DNA of 40,121 bases, taken from positions 1 through 40,121 of the forward strand of contig CAXBRM010000003.1 of assembly GCA_963978305.1 (NCBI GenBank). Reading direction: 5' to 3'. A model generated the notes under the pieces. The model saw only the letters and a program-made list of their open reading frames with translations. It had not been told where the DNA came from and searched no databases. Shown one piece after another: positions 29,064 through 39,939 of this stretch (position 1 is the first letter of the stretch; each line of letters starts with the position of its first letter). A program made the position numbers and the translations under genes. This DNA comes from an uncultured Rhodospirillales bacterium. Its GTDB lineage: Bacteria > Pseudomonadota > Alphaproteobacteria > UBA7985.

Positions 29064-31712
29064 TTACGCCAAGCTCGCGATCATCAGGTCTTTAATCGCT
29101 TGAATCGCTAAGGCAGTGTCGGCACCAGCAGGAACACTTCCCTGGGCCATCGTTGGTCGTCCGCCCCCGCTACCACCGACGGCACTTGTCGCTGACTTAA
29201 CGGCGTCGCCAGCCTTAAAACGCTCGGTTAAATCATCCGTTACGCCAACGACGATACTCGCCTTACCGTCGTCAGTCGCAATCAAAACAACAACACCACG
29301 CCCAACCTGAGTTTTCAGCTCATCGGCCATTCCCTTCAGCTCTCTGGCTGGGATATCGTCTATCATTTTGGCTATAAAGCCAACGCCAGCAACCTCCTCA
29401 GCTGCCGTGCCACCGCCACCCGTCGCTAGCTTTTTGCGGGTATCAGCCAATTCACGCTCAAGCCGCTTCCGTTCGTCTTGAAGGGCGTCAATTCTGCCTG
29501 GAAGATCGCCGACACTACAACGCATCGAGGACGCAAGCGTCTGAACCAGCGTTTCGCGCGATTGCAGATAGCCCAACAGTGCTGGGCCCGTAACCGCTTC
29601 AATCCGACGAACCCCGGCAGCAGGGCCTTCCTCTTTCAGGATATGCAACAAGCCAATTTCACCAGTGCGGCTGACATGAGTGCCACCGCACAATTCCAAA
29701 GAATATGCTTTACCAACATCGTCTTTGGTGCCCATACTGACGACGCGCACCTCATCGCCATACTTTTCACCGAACAAAGCCTGTGCGCCCTCATCAATGG
29801 CTTCATCTGGACTCATAATCCGCGTTAAAACTTCTGTATTGGCGAGAATTTGATCGTTAATTGCTCGCTCAACCGCGTTCAATTCACGATCCGACATGGC
29901 AACCGAGTGCGAGAAATCGAACCGTAAACGATCCGGCGCCACCAGAGAGCCTTTCTGCGCAACGTGGTTCCCCAATTCCTGTCGTAGGGCCTCGTGTAAC
30001 AGGTGCGTTGCTGAGTGATGAGATGCTAAAGCATTCCGACGTGTTTGGTCGGCTTGCATAATGACCGCATCGCCAACCGCGACGCTGCCAGCCTCCACTG
30101 ATATAGCATGGACAAAGATACCATCAGCATGCTTTTGGGTGTCAGTAACGCGAAGTTGCGCACCAGTTTCTGTGGTAATGGTCCCTTGGTCGCCCTGCTG
30201 CCCGCCACTTTCGGCGTAAAAAGGCGTCTGGTTGGCGATGATCGACCCAATGTCACCCATTGTTAGGCTTTCGACTTTAGCGCCGTCTTTGACCATTGCT
30301 TGCACAACCCCTTCAGCACGGGTGCCAGCGTAGCCCAGAAACTCCGTGGGTCCATAAGCATCTCTAAGCTCAAACCAGAGTGCGTCGGAGACGGCATCAC
30401 CGGATCCTTTCCAATTCGCTCGGGCTGCTGCTTTTTGAGCGTCCATTGCCGCCGTGAACCCATCAAGATCAACTTGGCGGTCCTGGCCACGCAAGATGTC
30501 TTGGGTTAAATCCAAAGGAAAGCCGTAAGTATCATAAAGCTTGAAAGCAACGTCACCAGCCAGCGTTTCGCCCCCGCCAAGCTTGTTGGTTGCTTCGGTC
30601 AATAGCCTGAGTCCACGATCTAAGGTTTCCTTAAACCGACTTTCCTCCAACCGTAAAATTTCTGTGATCATCGCTTCAGCGCGTTTTAGTTCGCCAAAAT
30701 GCTCACCCATTTCCCGAACGAGTGCTGGCACCAGCTTGTGCATGAGGGGGTCTTGGTTCCCGATTTTGTGTGCATGGCGCATCGCCCGCCGCATAATTCG
30801 ACGAAGCACATAGCCACGACCTTCATTGCCGGGCTGGACACCGTCGGCGATCAAAAAGGCGGAGCTCCGCAAGTGGTCGGCAATGACACGATGGCTGGTG
30901 AGATTAGAACCATCGGGATCGTCATTACTAAAGTGAGCGCTCACCTCGATCAGCGCCCGCATTAAATCAATATCGTAGTTGTCGTGCTTACCCTGCAAAA
31001 TCGCTGAAATACGTTCCAGACCCATGCCGGTATCAATGCTTGGTCGTGGTAGAGGAATTTGCTCGCCGCCCGGCGTTGCAACATCAAACTGCATGAAAAC
31101 CAGGTTCCAAATCTCGATAAAGCGGTCACCATCTTCATCCGGCGAACCTGGTGGTCCACCCCAAATGTGATCACCATGGTCAAAGAAAATTTCTGAACAT
31201 GGCCCGCACGGGCCCGTATCGCCCATCGCCCAAAAATTATCACTCGTCGGTATGCGAATGATTTTGTCGTCGCTCAGGCCTGCTATTTTCTTCCAAAGAT
31301 CGGCTGCCTCGTCATCCGTGTGATAGACCGTGACCAGCAACTTCTCCTTCGGCAAGCCAAATTCCTTCGTAACCAGATTCCAAGCCAATTCGATGGCATG
31401 CTCTTTGAAGTAATCACCAAACGAGAAATTGCCCAGCATTTCAAAGAAGGTGTGATGGCGCGCCGTATAGCCGACATTGTCCAGATCGTTATGCTTGCCA
31501 CCTGCCCGCACACATTTCTGTGACGTGACGGCACGATGATAAGGTCGCTTGTCCTGGCCCAGAAACACATTCTTAAATTGGACCATGCCCGCGTTGGTAA
31601 ACATTAACGTCGGATCATTCTGAGGAACCAAGGGTGAGCTGTCGATCTCCCAATGATTGTCTGCTTTGAAATAATCCAGGAATGTTCCTCGGATTTGATT
31701 GGCAGTAGCCAT
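29064..31712 (-). CDS. alaS: Alanine--tRNA ligase
   Basis: [63 protein letters not shown]. Confidence 0.98.
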   Translation of the reverse strand: MATANQIRGTFLDYFKADNHWEIDSSPLVPQNDPTLMFTNAGMVQFKNVFLGQDKRPYHRAVTSQKCVRAGGKHNDLDNVGYTARHHTFFEMLGNFSFGDYFKEHAIELAWNLVTKEFGLPKEKLLVTVYHTDDEAADLWKKIAGLSDDKIIRIPTSDNFWAMGDTGPCGPCSEIFFDHGDHIWGGPPGSPDEDGDRFIEIWNLVFMQFDVATPGGEQIPLPRPSIDTGMGLERISAILQGKHDNYDIDLMRALIEVSAHFSNDDPDGSNLTSHRVIADHLRSSAFLIADGVQPGNEGRGYVLRRIMRRAMRHAHKIGNQDPLMHKLVPALVREMGEHFGELKRAEAMITEILRLEESRFKETLDRGLRLLTEATNKLGGGETLAGDVAFKLYDTYGFPLDLTQDILRGQDRQVDLDGFTAAMDAQKAAARANWKGSGDAVSDALWFELRDAYGPTEFLGYAGTRAEGVVQAMVKDGAKVESLTMGDIGSIIANQTPFYAESGGQQGDQGTITTETGAQLRVTDTQKHADGIFVHAISVEAGSVAVGDAVIMQADQTRRNALASHHSATHLLHEALRQELGNHVAQKGSLVAPDRLRFDFSHSVAMSDRELNAVERAINDQILANTEVLTRIMSPDEAIDEGAQALFGEKYGDEVRVVSMGTKDDVGKAYSLELCGGTHVSRTGEIGLLHILKEEGPAAGVRRIEAVTGPALLGYLQSRETLVQTLASSMRCSVGDLPGRIDALQDERKRLERELADTRKKLATGGGGTAAEEVAGVGFIAKMIDDIPARELKGMADELKTQVGRGVVVLIATDDGKASIVVGVTDDLTERFKAGDAVKSATSAVGGSGGGRPTMAQGSVPAGADTALAIQAIKDLMIASLA

Positions 31713-31981
31713 GGCAATAGTCTCTATTCAATGATGATCCGCGACCATTACTTGGCTTCCAATGAAGCTTATTATGGCTCGCAACAGAAAAGTCGGTTTT
31801 ATGACTCTTCCTTTAGCAAAGTATGCCGATGAGAAAAGCGTTAACGACAAAGGAAGCGCGTTCGCTGCTTGCAAGACGTTATGGAGCAACAAATCAACCA
31901 ACGTGTTGCCTGAAAAAAAATTATTAACTCAAGACTTCAAGCACGTGCAGCGGTTAAAACAGTCAGAACAGCATTGAGAGC

Positions 31982-32021
31982 AAAAGATAAAGGGGTGAGC
32001 CCCTCCCAAGACTCACCCCTT
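31982..32021 (-). terminator. Intrinsic terminator about 240 nt downstream of recA
   Basis: Minus strand AAGGGGTGAG-TCTTGGGAGGGG-CTCACCCCTT followed by TATCTTTT; perfect 10-bp stem. Confidence 0.7.
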
Positions 32022-32260
32022 CAAAATCCTATCCGATAAGGCCATAAGACGCATGATCGTCGTCTGGCAAACAAAGCCACCCCCGGAGCGACCAGTCGTC
32101 CAACACCCAGTCACATGATGCCCATTCAAAGATGGCAACAACGAGGCGCCAACATCTCACAATGATTGCGAATCATCCTACTTTCACTGATTAGCCGGTC
32201 GAGCCATCAGAATCTGGCAACAGATCACACAAGCGGCATTCCGATCACCAGCAAAGCCCG

Positions 32261-33331
32261 TCAACTATCCTCGCCGTCTTGATCTCCTGGCCCTTCAAGC
32301 ATAGCATCCTGGATTAACCCTGCGTTCGCACGAATTTTGTGGTCCAACTCTGGCATCATTTCAGGATGTTCAAGCAAATACTGCTTCGCGTTCTCCCGAC
32401 CCTGGCCAATTCGTTGATCAAGCGCGCTAAACCAAGCACCCGACTTTTCGACAAATCCGGCCGCAACACCCAAGTCAATGAGCTCACCGGTTTTTGAAAT
32501 GCCTTCGCCATACATAATGTCAACCTCAATTTGCCGGAATGGCGGGGCAAGTTTATTCTTCACAACTTTAATCCGTGTTTGGTTACCAATCACGTTGTCT
32601 TTGTCTTTGATGGCGCCAATCCGACGAATGTCTAAACGCATGCTTGCGTAGAACTTGAGAGCATTACCCCCAGTGGTGGTTTCTGGCGAGCCGAACATGA
32701 CACCAATTTTCATCCGCAATTGGTTGATGAAGATGACAATTGTCTTCGACTTGTTGATTGATCCCGTTAGTTTCCGCAGCGCCTGGCTCATTAACCGCGC
32801 TTGCAAGCCCGGCTGACTGTCGCCCATATCGCCTTCTAATTCTGCGCGTGGCACCAAGGCAGCCACTGAATCGACAACCAAAATATCGACAGCGCCAGAG
32901 CGAACCAATGTGTCGGCTATTTCAAGGGATTGCTCACCCGTATCTGGCTGAGAAATCAATAGATTTTCGACATCCACACCTAATTTGCGAGCATAAACGG
33001 GGTCCAAAGCATGCTCGGCATCAACAAAAGCAGCGGTCCCCCCCATTTTTTGTGCCTCGGCAACAGCATGCAAAGCCAGCGTGGTTTTGCCGGAACTTTC
33101 CGGTCCATAAATCTCAATGATGCGACCGCGCGGAAAACCGCCAATGCCAAGGGCAATATCCAAAGATAAGCAACCTGTTTGTACAACATCGACTTTTTGA
33201 GTCGTGTTCTCGCCCATGCGCATGATTGCGCCTTTTCCAAACGAGCGCTCAATCTGGCTCATCGCTGCCTCAAGGGCCTTTGTTTTATCGACTGTCACGT
33301 CTTCCACCAGTTGCAATTGTGGCTTTCCCAT
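32261..33331 (-). CDS. recA: Recombinase A
   Basis: [55 protein letters not shown]. Confidence 0.99.
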   Translation of the reverse strand: MGKPQLQLVEDVTVDKTKALEAAMSQIERSFGKGAIMRMGENTTQKVDVVQTGCLSLDIALGIGGFPRGRIIEIYGPESSGKTTLALHAVAEAQKMGGTAAFVDAEHALDPVYARKLGVDVENLLISQPDTGEQSLEIADTLVRSGAVDILVVDSVAALVPRAELEGDMGDSQPGLQARLMSQALRKLTGSINKSKTIVIFINQLRMKIGVMFGSPETTTGGNALKFYASMRLDIRRIGAIKDKDNVIGNQTRIKVVKNKLAPPFRQIEVDIMYGEGISKTGELIDLGVAAGFVEKSGAWFSALDQRIGQGRENAKQYLLEHPEMMPELDHKIRANAGLIQDAMLEGPGDQDGEDS

Positions 33332-33529
33332 TACTCTCTTCCTTTATGCGAATTTCTGCGTTCCCTCAATGCGTTTCTTGTCACGCATCGAGGGAAACAT
33401 CCGGCTAGACAAATTGTGTCAGTCTTTGTTGCTAAGGGCATTATTTGACAACAGACCAACGGCTTGTTCGTGTCTGGTTGGGCGTGAGAGTCATAAATGG
33501 CAGTCACTTGCTACGAACAAATGCTTTAT

Positions 33530-33544
33530 GTTCTATGAACGTTC
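33530..33544. promoter_or_regulatory. Alphaproteobacterial LexA (SOS) box
   Basis: GTTC-TATGAAC-GTTC, an exact GTTC-N7-GTTC upstream of recA. Confidence 0.85.
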
Positions 33545-33560
33545 CAAAATCAAGCAAAAA

Positions 33561-33575
33561 GAACAAGAAAAGAAC
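33561..33575. promoter_or_regulatory. Second LexA (SOS) box, opposite orientation
   Basis: GAAC-AAGAAAA-GAAC, an exact GAAC-N7-GAAC. Confidence 0.85.
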
Positions 33576-33651
33576 ATTTTGTTTTCTTGCGTCATTGGAT
33601 TGAAACAGATTAGCAACAGGATATAGCGAAACCATCACCAAAGGAAAGAAC

Positions 33652-34926
33652 ATGTCCGCATCTGCAAAGACCCTAACACTTGGCAGCTTCAACGTTCTAA
33701 ATTTGGTGCCCGGCTCAACGCCTGCGCAACGACACTACTTTTACGACATCAAAAGTAAAAATGACTTTTGGGATCAACCACACGATAATAACGACGATCA
33801 ACCAACGGAATACGAGCAAAAAATATCCTGGCTGGCTGCTCAGTTTGATCGGATGGCTTGCGATCTGGTTGGCTTTCAGGAAGTGTTCGAGGAGGCGCCG
33901 CTTCGGGAAGCGCTCGACCGATCAGAACAAGGCGGAGGCGCACAACTTTTTATCGCAGGCGAACCGATCTTCATCGATACGCAGGCCTATGGATCACCAG
34001 CCCGAGTATATAAAGTCCCAAGGGTTGCTTTGGCGGTCCGTGGCGACTGGCAGGTTCAGGCCCGGACAGTAACCGATTACCCAGCAGACTTTCGGATGGG
34101 AGAAGAGATGGCCGGACGCGATGGTAAGTCACGCCGAATGGCTTTTGAAGCTGATGGCCAATCAATTCAGACGTTCTATCGGCCCTTTTTGCGAGCCGAG
34201 ATAACCTTACCGAACTGGTCGAAATCGCTCAAAGGCGTCGGTGACGATGCACTTGGCCAAATCCTGGTTTACGTCTGTCATTTTAAAAGCAAGGCGCCAA
34301 TGGCTCGAACAGCCCAAGGTTTGACCGACCAGGCGCTGGCAATTGATGCTGCAAAATTGAACGCCTTGGGTGCTGCACGATCGGCCATGGTCCGAAACAC
34401 GGATGCTGCTGCCTTGCGCTGGCTAATCATTCAAGACCTGCTGGAACAACCCAACCGGCCAGTGATTTTATTGGGTGATCTAAACGATGAATTGAGTGCA
34501 ATCAGCACAGAAATTGCGGGTGGACTTTCGATTCCCTATTTCAGAAAAGATGATTACCCAGACAACGACCGCGAAGCGATGCGCCATCAAATCGCTGATC
34601 TCAGTTTGTTTGCCACCGAGAAAATCACGGCGCGCAAACGCCTTCGTGACGTCCATTACACCTTTACCTGGGATGGTGGTTATGACACGCTGGATCACAT
34701 CCTGGTCAGCAAGCACTTTGCGCCCATGAGCAGTGTTCGGGAAGGCTGGGGAACACCGGAAGTTGGCCATGTTGGCTCATTGCGTGTTTTAAACGATCAT
34801 CTGCTCGACGATTTCTTGGATGATCTTGAGCACTGGGAAGTTGAAAAGCACCACCGCAAACGCAGCGACCATGGTCAAGTCATCGCCAGGCTTGATTGGG
34901 AAATCGCGCCAAAGCGCCGCGAATAA
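33652..34926 (+). CDS. Endonuclease/exonuclease/phosphatase (EEP) superfamily protein
   Basis: All core EEP motifs: SFNVLN, GFQEV, HFKSK, LGDLND, LDHILVS, SDHG. No signal peptide; AAGGA SD. Confidence 0.88.
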   Translation: MSASAKTLTLGSFNVLNLVPGSTPAQRHYFYDIKSKNDFWDQPHDNNDDQPTEYEQKISWLAAQFDRMACDLVGFQEVFEEAPLREALDRSEQGGGAQLFIAGEPIFIDTQAYGSPARVYKVPRVALAVRGDWQVQARTVTDYPADFRMGEEMAGRDGKSRRMAFEADGQSIQTFYRPFLRAEITLPNWSKSLKGVGDDALGQILVYVCHFKSKAPMARTAQGLTDQALAIDAAKLNALGAARSAMVRNTDAAALRWLIIQDLLEQPNRPVILLGDLNDELSAISTEIAGGLSIPYFRKDDYPDNDREAMRHQIADLSLFATEKITARKRLRDVHYTFTWDGGYDTLDHILVSKHFAPMSSVREGWGTPEVGHVGSLRVLNDHLLDDFLDDLEHWEVEKHHRKRSDHGQVIARLDWEIAPKRRE

Positions 34927-34941
34927 CAAGGTGCCTGGTGA

Positions 34942-35421
34942 TCACACCCAGGCAACTGACTCGACCTCGTAATATTTTTCACCTTTCGGTGTTTTGACCT
35001 CAACGCTGTCACCGGAAGACTTACCGATCAACGCCCTTGCAAGTGGTGAGGCGACATTGAGACGCCCGGCCTTCAGGTCGGCCTCTGGCTCACCCACAAT
35101 TTGGTAGGTAATTTCTTCTTCTGTATCTTCGTCAATCAGATGGACCGTCGCACCAAACTTGATGCGATCACCTTCAAAACTGCTTGGATCAATCACATCG
35201 GCGCGGCTCAATTGGCTCTCAAGCACTGAAATCTCACTTTCGATAAAGCCCTGCTTCTCTCGTGCCGCATGATATTCAGCGTTTTCTGACAAATCGCCAT
35301 GCTCGCGAGCCTCCGCAATCGCCTTGATCACGGCAGGCCGTTCATTATTCTTCAATTGTCTTAGCCGTTCCTCTAAGCGCGCGTGACCTTGAACGGTAAT
35401 CGGGACACGTTCGGTTGACAT
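34942..35421 (-). CDS. greA: Transcription elongation factor GreA
   Basis: [28 protein letters not shown]; GGAGG SD before ATG 35421. Confidence 0.97.
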   Translation of the reverse strand: MSTERVPITVQGHARLEERLRQLKNNERPAVIKAIAEAREHGDLSENAEYHAAREKQGFIESEISVLESQLSRADVIDPSSFEGDRIKFGATVHLIDEDTEEEITYQIVGEPEADLKAGRLNVASPLARALIGKSSGDSVEVKTPKGEKYYEVESVAWV

Positions 35422-35466
35422 AGGATCGTCCTCCACGTTGACAGGCAAAATTGATCCGCCGTGACC

Positions 35467-35511
35467 AAAAAAGACACCCCCTTGGACCCTTCATATGATC
35501 CCAGGGGGCGT
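35467..35511 (-). terminator. Intrinsic terminator after carB
   Basis: Minus strand ACGCCCCCTGGGA...TCCAAGGGGGTGT then CTTTTTT. Confidence 0.7.
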
Positions 35512-35519
35512 GCCGTATG

Positions 35520-38500
35520 TTATGCCATATAGTCTTGGAGGCTTCTGATCGCAAGGGTCTGCGCCCGTAGAGCCCGAATCGCACGTGCAACAGCGCTCGC
35601 ACCCGGCATTGTGGTAGAGTAGGGAATGCGCTTGGCAAGCGCGGTGCTTCGGATCCCTTTGCTTTCCTCGACTTCGCGTGCACCTTCGACGGTATTAACA
35701 ACCAGAGCCACATCACCGTTGATCATAGCGTCAACGCAGTGGGGTTGGCCCTCGCGTACCTTGTTAACAACAATGACATCAATACCAGAGTCTGCGATGA
35801 CGCTGGCGGTGCCACGGGTTGCCATAATGGTCATGCCTTCATCGACAAAATCTTTGGCAAGCGCTGCCACTTTCGGTTTGTCAGCTTCGCGCACTGAAAT
35901 GAACACAGTGCCATGGGTCGGCAATTTCATTCCAGTCGCCATTTGTGCCTTAAGAAAAGCCCGACCCCAGCCAGCATCCATGCCCATCACTTCACCCGTC
36001 GACTTCATCTCAGGACCAAGGACTGTGTCGACGCCCGGAAAACGATCAAAGGGGAATACGGCTTCTTTAACGGCGAATTGGCCCTTTATTTTTGGTGTTA
36101 TATCGAAGTTGCCCAGCAGTTCGCCAGCCATCAAACGTGCCGCAATCTTCGCGACCGGAACACCGGTTGCTTTCGCGACAAATGGCACGGTCCGCGATGC
36201 ACGAGGGTTGACCTCAATCACGTAGATTTCATCGTCCTTGATCGCAAATTGCACGTTCATAAGGCCTTGCACCTTCAACTCTCGTCCCATAGCGGCAGTT
36301 TGCTCACGAATTTGAGCCTGGACGTTCTCACTCAACGTATGGGGCGGCAAACAGCAGGCACTATCGCCGGAGTGCACGCCAGCCTCCTCAAAGTGCTGCA
36401 TAATGCCAGCAACAACAACGTTACCCTCGCGGTCACAAAGGGCATCAACATCGACCTCAATCGCTCCGCGCAGGTAACTGTCGATCAAAACCGGTGTATC
36501 GCCACTGACGTTAACTGCTTCTTGAATGTACCGCTTGAGGCCATTGAGATCGTTGACAACTTCCATTGCCCGACCACCCAGAACGTAGCTTGGCCGCAAA
36601 AGAACAGGATAGCCGATTTGCTCCGCGATCGTTTCAGCTTCAATGGCAGATCGTGCAATCCCATTGCGCGGCTGCTTTAAATTCAATCGCTGGAGCAACT
36701 GTTGAAACTGATCTCGATCTTCCGCAAGATCAATGCTGGCGGGCGAAGTCCCGAGAATGGGAATCCCAGCTTGTTCAAGAGCCGCCGCGAGCTTTAGTGG
36801 TGTTTGGCCACCGAATTGAACAACCACCCCCTTTAGGGTGCCGTCAGCTGCTTCATTTTTGGCAATGTTAATGACACTTTCTGCCGTCAAAGGCTCAAAA
36901 TACAGACGATCAGAAGTGTCATAATCCGTTGACACTGTCTCAGGATTACAATTGACCATGATGGTCTCATAGCCGGCTGCCTTCAAGGCATAGGCAGCGT
37001 GAACGCAGCAGTAGTCAAACTCAATCCCTTGTCCGATGCGATTGGGCCCACCCCCCAAAATCATCACTTTTTCACGATTGCTGGCCGTTGCTTCGTTTCG
37101 AACCGGTCCGAAACCTAAAGCTTCATGACTGGAATAAAAATAGTTTGTTTGGCTATCAAACTCGGCAGCACAGGTGTCGATGCGACGATACGTCGGCATG
37201 CGCGTTGACTTGGCTTCTTGGCCCGATAAATACGTCAACCGATCGTCGGTGAAGCCAAGGTTTTTGAGCTGTAGATAGTCGTTTTCATCGGCGATGCCAT
37301 CGCTGCAAATACGGCTCTCAACCGCCACGATTTCAGCCACCCGGTCAATGAACCAAGGATCTATTCTGGTCGCCATATAGATTTGATCGCGACCTACACC
37401 AAAGCGTATGGCCTGGGCCACTGCCAACAATCTATCCGGTTTTGGTTGGCGCAAGAACGCAAGCACCGCTTCTTGATCGATGCTGCCGTCGCTGCGCACT
37501 GCATCGGGAATATCGATGTCGTTTAAGCCATTAAGCCCCGTCTCCATGCTCGCGAGCGCTTTTTGCAGGCTTTCATGGAAATTTCGACCGATTGCCATTG
37601 CCTCACCGACCGACTTCATGCTGGTCGTCAGCTTGGCTTCAGCGCCAGAAAACTTCTCAAACGTAAAGCGCGGAATTTTGGTCACGACATAGTCAATCGT
37701 CGGCTCAAAACTTGCGGGTGTCACCCGCGTGATGTCGTTATTTAATTCGTCAAGGGTATAGCCAACAGCAAGCTTGGCCGCGATTTTTGCGATTGGAAAA
37801 CCCGTCGCCTTCGATGCCAGCGCCGAGCTTCTGCTGACCCTGGGGTTCATCTCGATGACCACCATGCGGCCGTTGTCGGGGTTGAGCGCAAATTGGACAT
37901 TTGAACCACCGGTTTCGACACCGATTTCGCGCAGAACCGCAATCGATGCGTTGCGCATGATCTGATATTCTTTGTCCGTGAGCGTTAACGCCGGCGCGAC
38001 TGTCACACTATCACCAGTATGGATCCCCATTGGGTCAACATTCTCAATCGAGCAAATAATGATCGCGTTGTCGGCTTTGTCGCGGACCACCTCCATCTCA
38101 TACTCTTTCCACCCCAGAACGCTTTCCTCGACCAGCGTCTCGCTTACTGGCGACAGCCTGAGACCGGCTTCGATCAATGCCATAAACTCTTCACGGTTGT
38201 ACGCGATGCCGCCGCCCTGGCCACCCAAGGTAAAGGAAGGACGGAAGATCGCCGGCAATCCAACAGCCTTGAGCGCTTCGTCAGCTTGCTTCGGATCCGT
38301 GACGAGCATTGAGCGCGGGCTTTCGAGGCCAATTTTGTCCATCGCTTCGCGAAATTTCAGACGATCCTCGGCCTTTTCGATCGCTTCAGGCACGGCACCG
38401 ATCATAGTCACGCCGTGCTGATCAAGGATGCCGCGCTTCGCGAGCTCTAAGCCCGTGTTCAATGCCGTCTGCCCACCCATGGTTGGCAACAGAGCATCGG

Positions 38501-38756
38501 GCTTTTCAATTTCGATGATCCTTTCGACGACCTCGGGCGTGATCGGCTCAATATAGGTCGCACCATTTTCGCCGGTTAACTCGGGGTCGGTCATGATGGT
38601 CGCTGGATTGCTGTTGACCAGAATAACCCGATAGCCTTCTTCGCGCAGTGCTTTGACAGCCTGGGCACCAGAGTAGTCAAACTCGCAGGCTTGGCCAATG
38701 ACAATGGGTCCCGCACCGATAATCAAAATACTTGAAAGGTCATCGCGTCTAGGCAT
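35520..38756 (-). CDS. carB: Carbamoyl-phosphate synthase large subunit
   Basis: [61 protein letters not shown] domain. The start could alternatively be GTG 38771. Confidence 0.98.
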   Translation of the reverse strand: MPRRDDLSSILIIGAGPIVIGQACEFDYSGAQAVKALREEGYRVILVNSNPATIMTDPELTGENGATYIEPITPEVVERIIEIEKPDALLPTMGGQTALNTGLELAKRGILDQHGVTMIGAVPEAIEKAEDRLKFREAMDKIGLESPRSMLVTDPKQADEALKAVGLPAIFRPSFTLGGQGGGIAYNREEFMALIEAGLRLSPVSETLVEESVLGWKEYEMEVVRDKADNAIIICSIENVDPMGIHTGDSVTVAPALTLTDKEYQIMRNASIAVLREIGVETGGSNVQFALNPDNGRMVVIEMNPRVSRSSALASKATGFPIAKIAAKLAVGYTLDELNNDITRVTPASFEPTIDYVVTKIPRFTFEKFSGAEAKLTTSMKSVGEAMAIGRNFHESLQKALASMETGLNGLNDIDIPDAVRSDGSIDQEAVLAFLRQPKPDRLLAVAQAIRFGVGRDQIYMATRIDPWFIDRVAEIVAVESRICSDGIADENDYLQLKNLGFTDDRLTYLSGQEAKSTRMPTYRRIDTCAAEFDSQTNYFYSSHEALGFGPVRNEATASNREKVMILGGGPNRIGQGIEFDYCCVHAAYALKAAGYETIMVNCNPETVSTDYDTSDRLYFEPLTAESVINIAKNEAADGTLKGVVVQFGGQTPLKLAAALEQAGIPILGTSPASIDLAEDRDQFQQLLQRLNLKQPRNGIARSAIEAETIAEQIGYPVLLRPSYVLGGRAMEVVNDLNGLKRYIQEAVNVSGDTPVLIDSYLRGAIEVDVDALCDREGNVVVAGIMQHFEEAGVHSGDSACCLPPHTLSENVQAQIREQTAAMGRELKVQGLMNVQFAIKDDEIYVIEVNPRASRTVPFVAKATGVPVAKIAARLMAGELLGNFDITPKIKGQFAVKEAVFPFDRFPGVDTVLGPEMKSTGEVMGMDAGWGRAFLKAQMATGMKLPTHGTVFISVREADKPKVAALAKDFVDEGMTIMATRGTASVIADSGIDVIVVNKVREGQPHCVDAMINGDVALVVNTVEGAREVEESKGIRSTALAKRIPYSTTMPGASAVARAIRALRAQTLAIRSLQDYMA

Positions 38757-38861
38757 AGGTTTTTTACTCACGCGTTGATATTGGGTAAGTAAAACCCCTG
38801 TCTAACGGTTCGCCAAGAAAAGGATAGCCACAAGGTTGGCCATCCACTATGCGCATAAGTC

Positions 38862-39260
38862 TTAGTCAGCGTCCGGCGTAAAGTGCATGGCTACGCCATT
38901 CATGCAGTAACGCAGACCGGTTGGCGCTGGACCATCGGGAAACACATGACCCAAATGGCCGAGGCATGCTGCGCAATGAACTTCGGTTCGGGTCATAAAA
39001 AAGCTGCGATCCGTTTTTGTGCCGACGGCGTCATCGGCGATTGGGGCATAAAAGCTCGGCCAACCCGTACCGCTTTCAAACTTGGCTGCCGTTGCAAAAA
39101 CCGGCTGACCACATCCAGCACACGAGAACGTTCCGGGCTCATGGACGTGGTTCAATTCACTTGAATGCGACGGCTCAGTGCCATGTTTGCGCAAAACGCG
39201 GAATTGTTGCGGGGTCAATTCGTCACGCCACTGCGCCTCAGTTTTTTCGATTTTCGCCAT
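38862..39260 (-). CDS. msrB: Peptide-methionine (R)-S-oxide reductase, Zn-binding type
   Basis: GTE, CAGC, KFESGTGWPSF, RTEVHCAAC, HLGHVFPDGP, RYCMN; GGAG SD before ATG 39260. Confidence 0.95.
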   Translation of the reverse strand: MAKIEKTEAQWRDELTPQQFRVLRKHGTEPSHSSELNHVHEPGTFSCAGCGQPVFATAAKFESGTGWPSFYAPIADDAVGTKTDRSFFMTRTEVHCAACLGHLGHVFPDGPAPTGLRYCMNGVAMHFTPDAD

Positions 39261-39377
39261 CGCATTTCTCCACACCAACCCTGGTGCTTAAAACATAGTT
39301 TAAATGTTTATTAAATTGTCTAAGTATTGAATTCAATGCTGAATCTATTATATTATGTAAGCTAGGAGTTCAAGACG

Positions 39378-39872
39378 ATGCCTCATGATCTAGTTGCAAC
39401 CGACAGGGTTTTTCCTGACAAATTAACATCGGCAACAAACGGTAAAGTTGTTTTAGAGCCGCTAAAAACTGCTTGGGTTGCAATGATGATTCTTGGTGGT
39501 CTTGTGGCCATCGTTTGGTTTGCAACCTGGTCAGGATTTTTCGTGTTTTTGGGGTTATCTGCAGTAACACTTTGTGCAGGCCATTCGGTTGGCATGCATC
39601 GCTTGCTCATCCATAGATCATTCAAGACGCCGATTTGGGTTGAGCATATTTTGGTTTATCTGGGCGTCCTGGTGGGCATGGCTGGCCCCTTTGGCATGAT
39701 ACGTGCTCATGACATGCCTGATTGGCATCAACGTCAAAAAATTTGTCCGCCACACCCAAGTCATCAAGCGGGTCTTTTAAAAGACGCATTCTGGCAGTTG
39801 TGCTGTCGCTTTCAGTTAGAGACTCCGCCGGAGTTCCGCATAGAACCTGCCACCAAAAATGACCGGTTTTGA
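39378..39872 (+). pseudogene. 3'-truncated membrane fatty-acid (acyl-CoA delta-9-like) desaturase
   Basis: AGGAG SD, TM segments, first His box HSVGMHRLLIHRSF and variant second box HDMPDWHQR. Stops at 164 aa without the third (HNNHH-type) His box. Confidence 0.75.
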
Positions 39873-39939
39873 ACAGACCTCAGAATAGATTAATTCTTAA
39901 TTCACACCCCAAAATGTCCAAACACCGGAGAGTAGCTCA
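39870..39939. mobile_element. Probable IS3-family terminal remnant (about 70 bp, no transposase)
   Basis: Begins TGAACAGACCTCAG and ends TGTCCAAACACCGGAGAGTAGCTCA (reverse complement TGAGCTACTCTCCGGTGTTTGGACA). This fits the TGA...GGACA shape of IS3-type inverted repeats and coincides with the desaturase break. Confidence 0.45.

Noticed and set aside
31762-31977. 71-aa plus-strand ORF in the alaS upstream region
   Set aside because: No SD, antisense to the likely alaS promoter, and no recognisable features.
33204-33626. 140-aa ORF across the recA start and promoter
   Set aside because: Overlaps recA antisense and runs through the SOS boxes.
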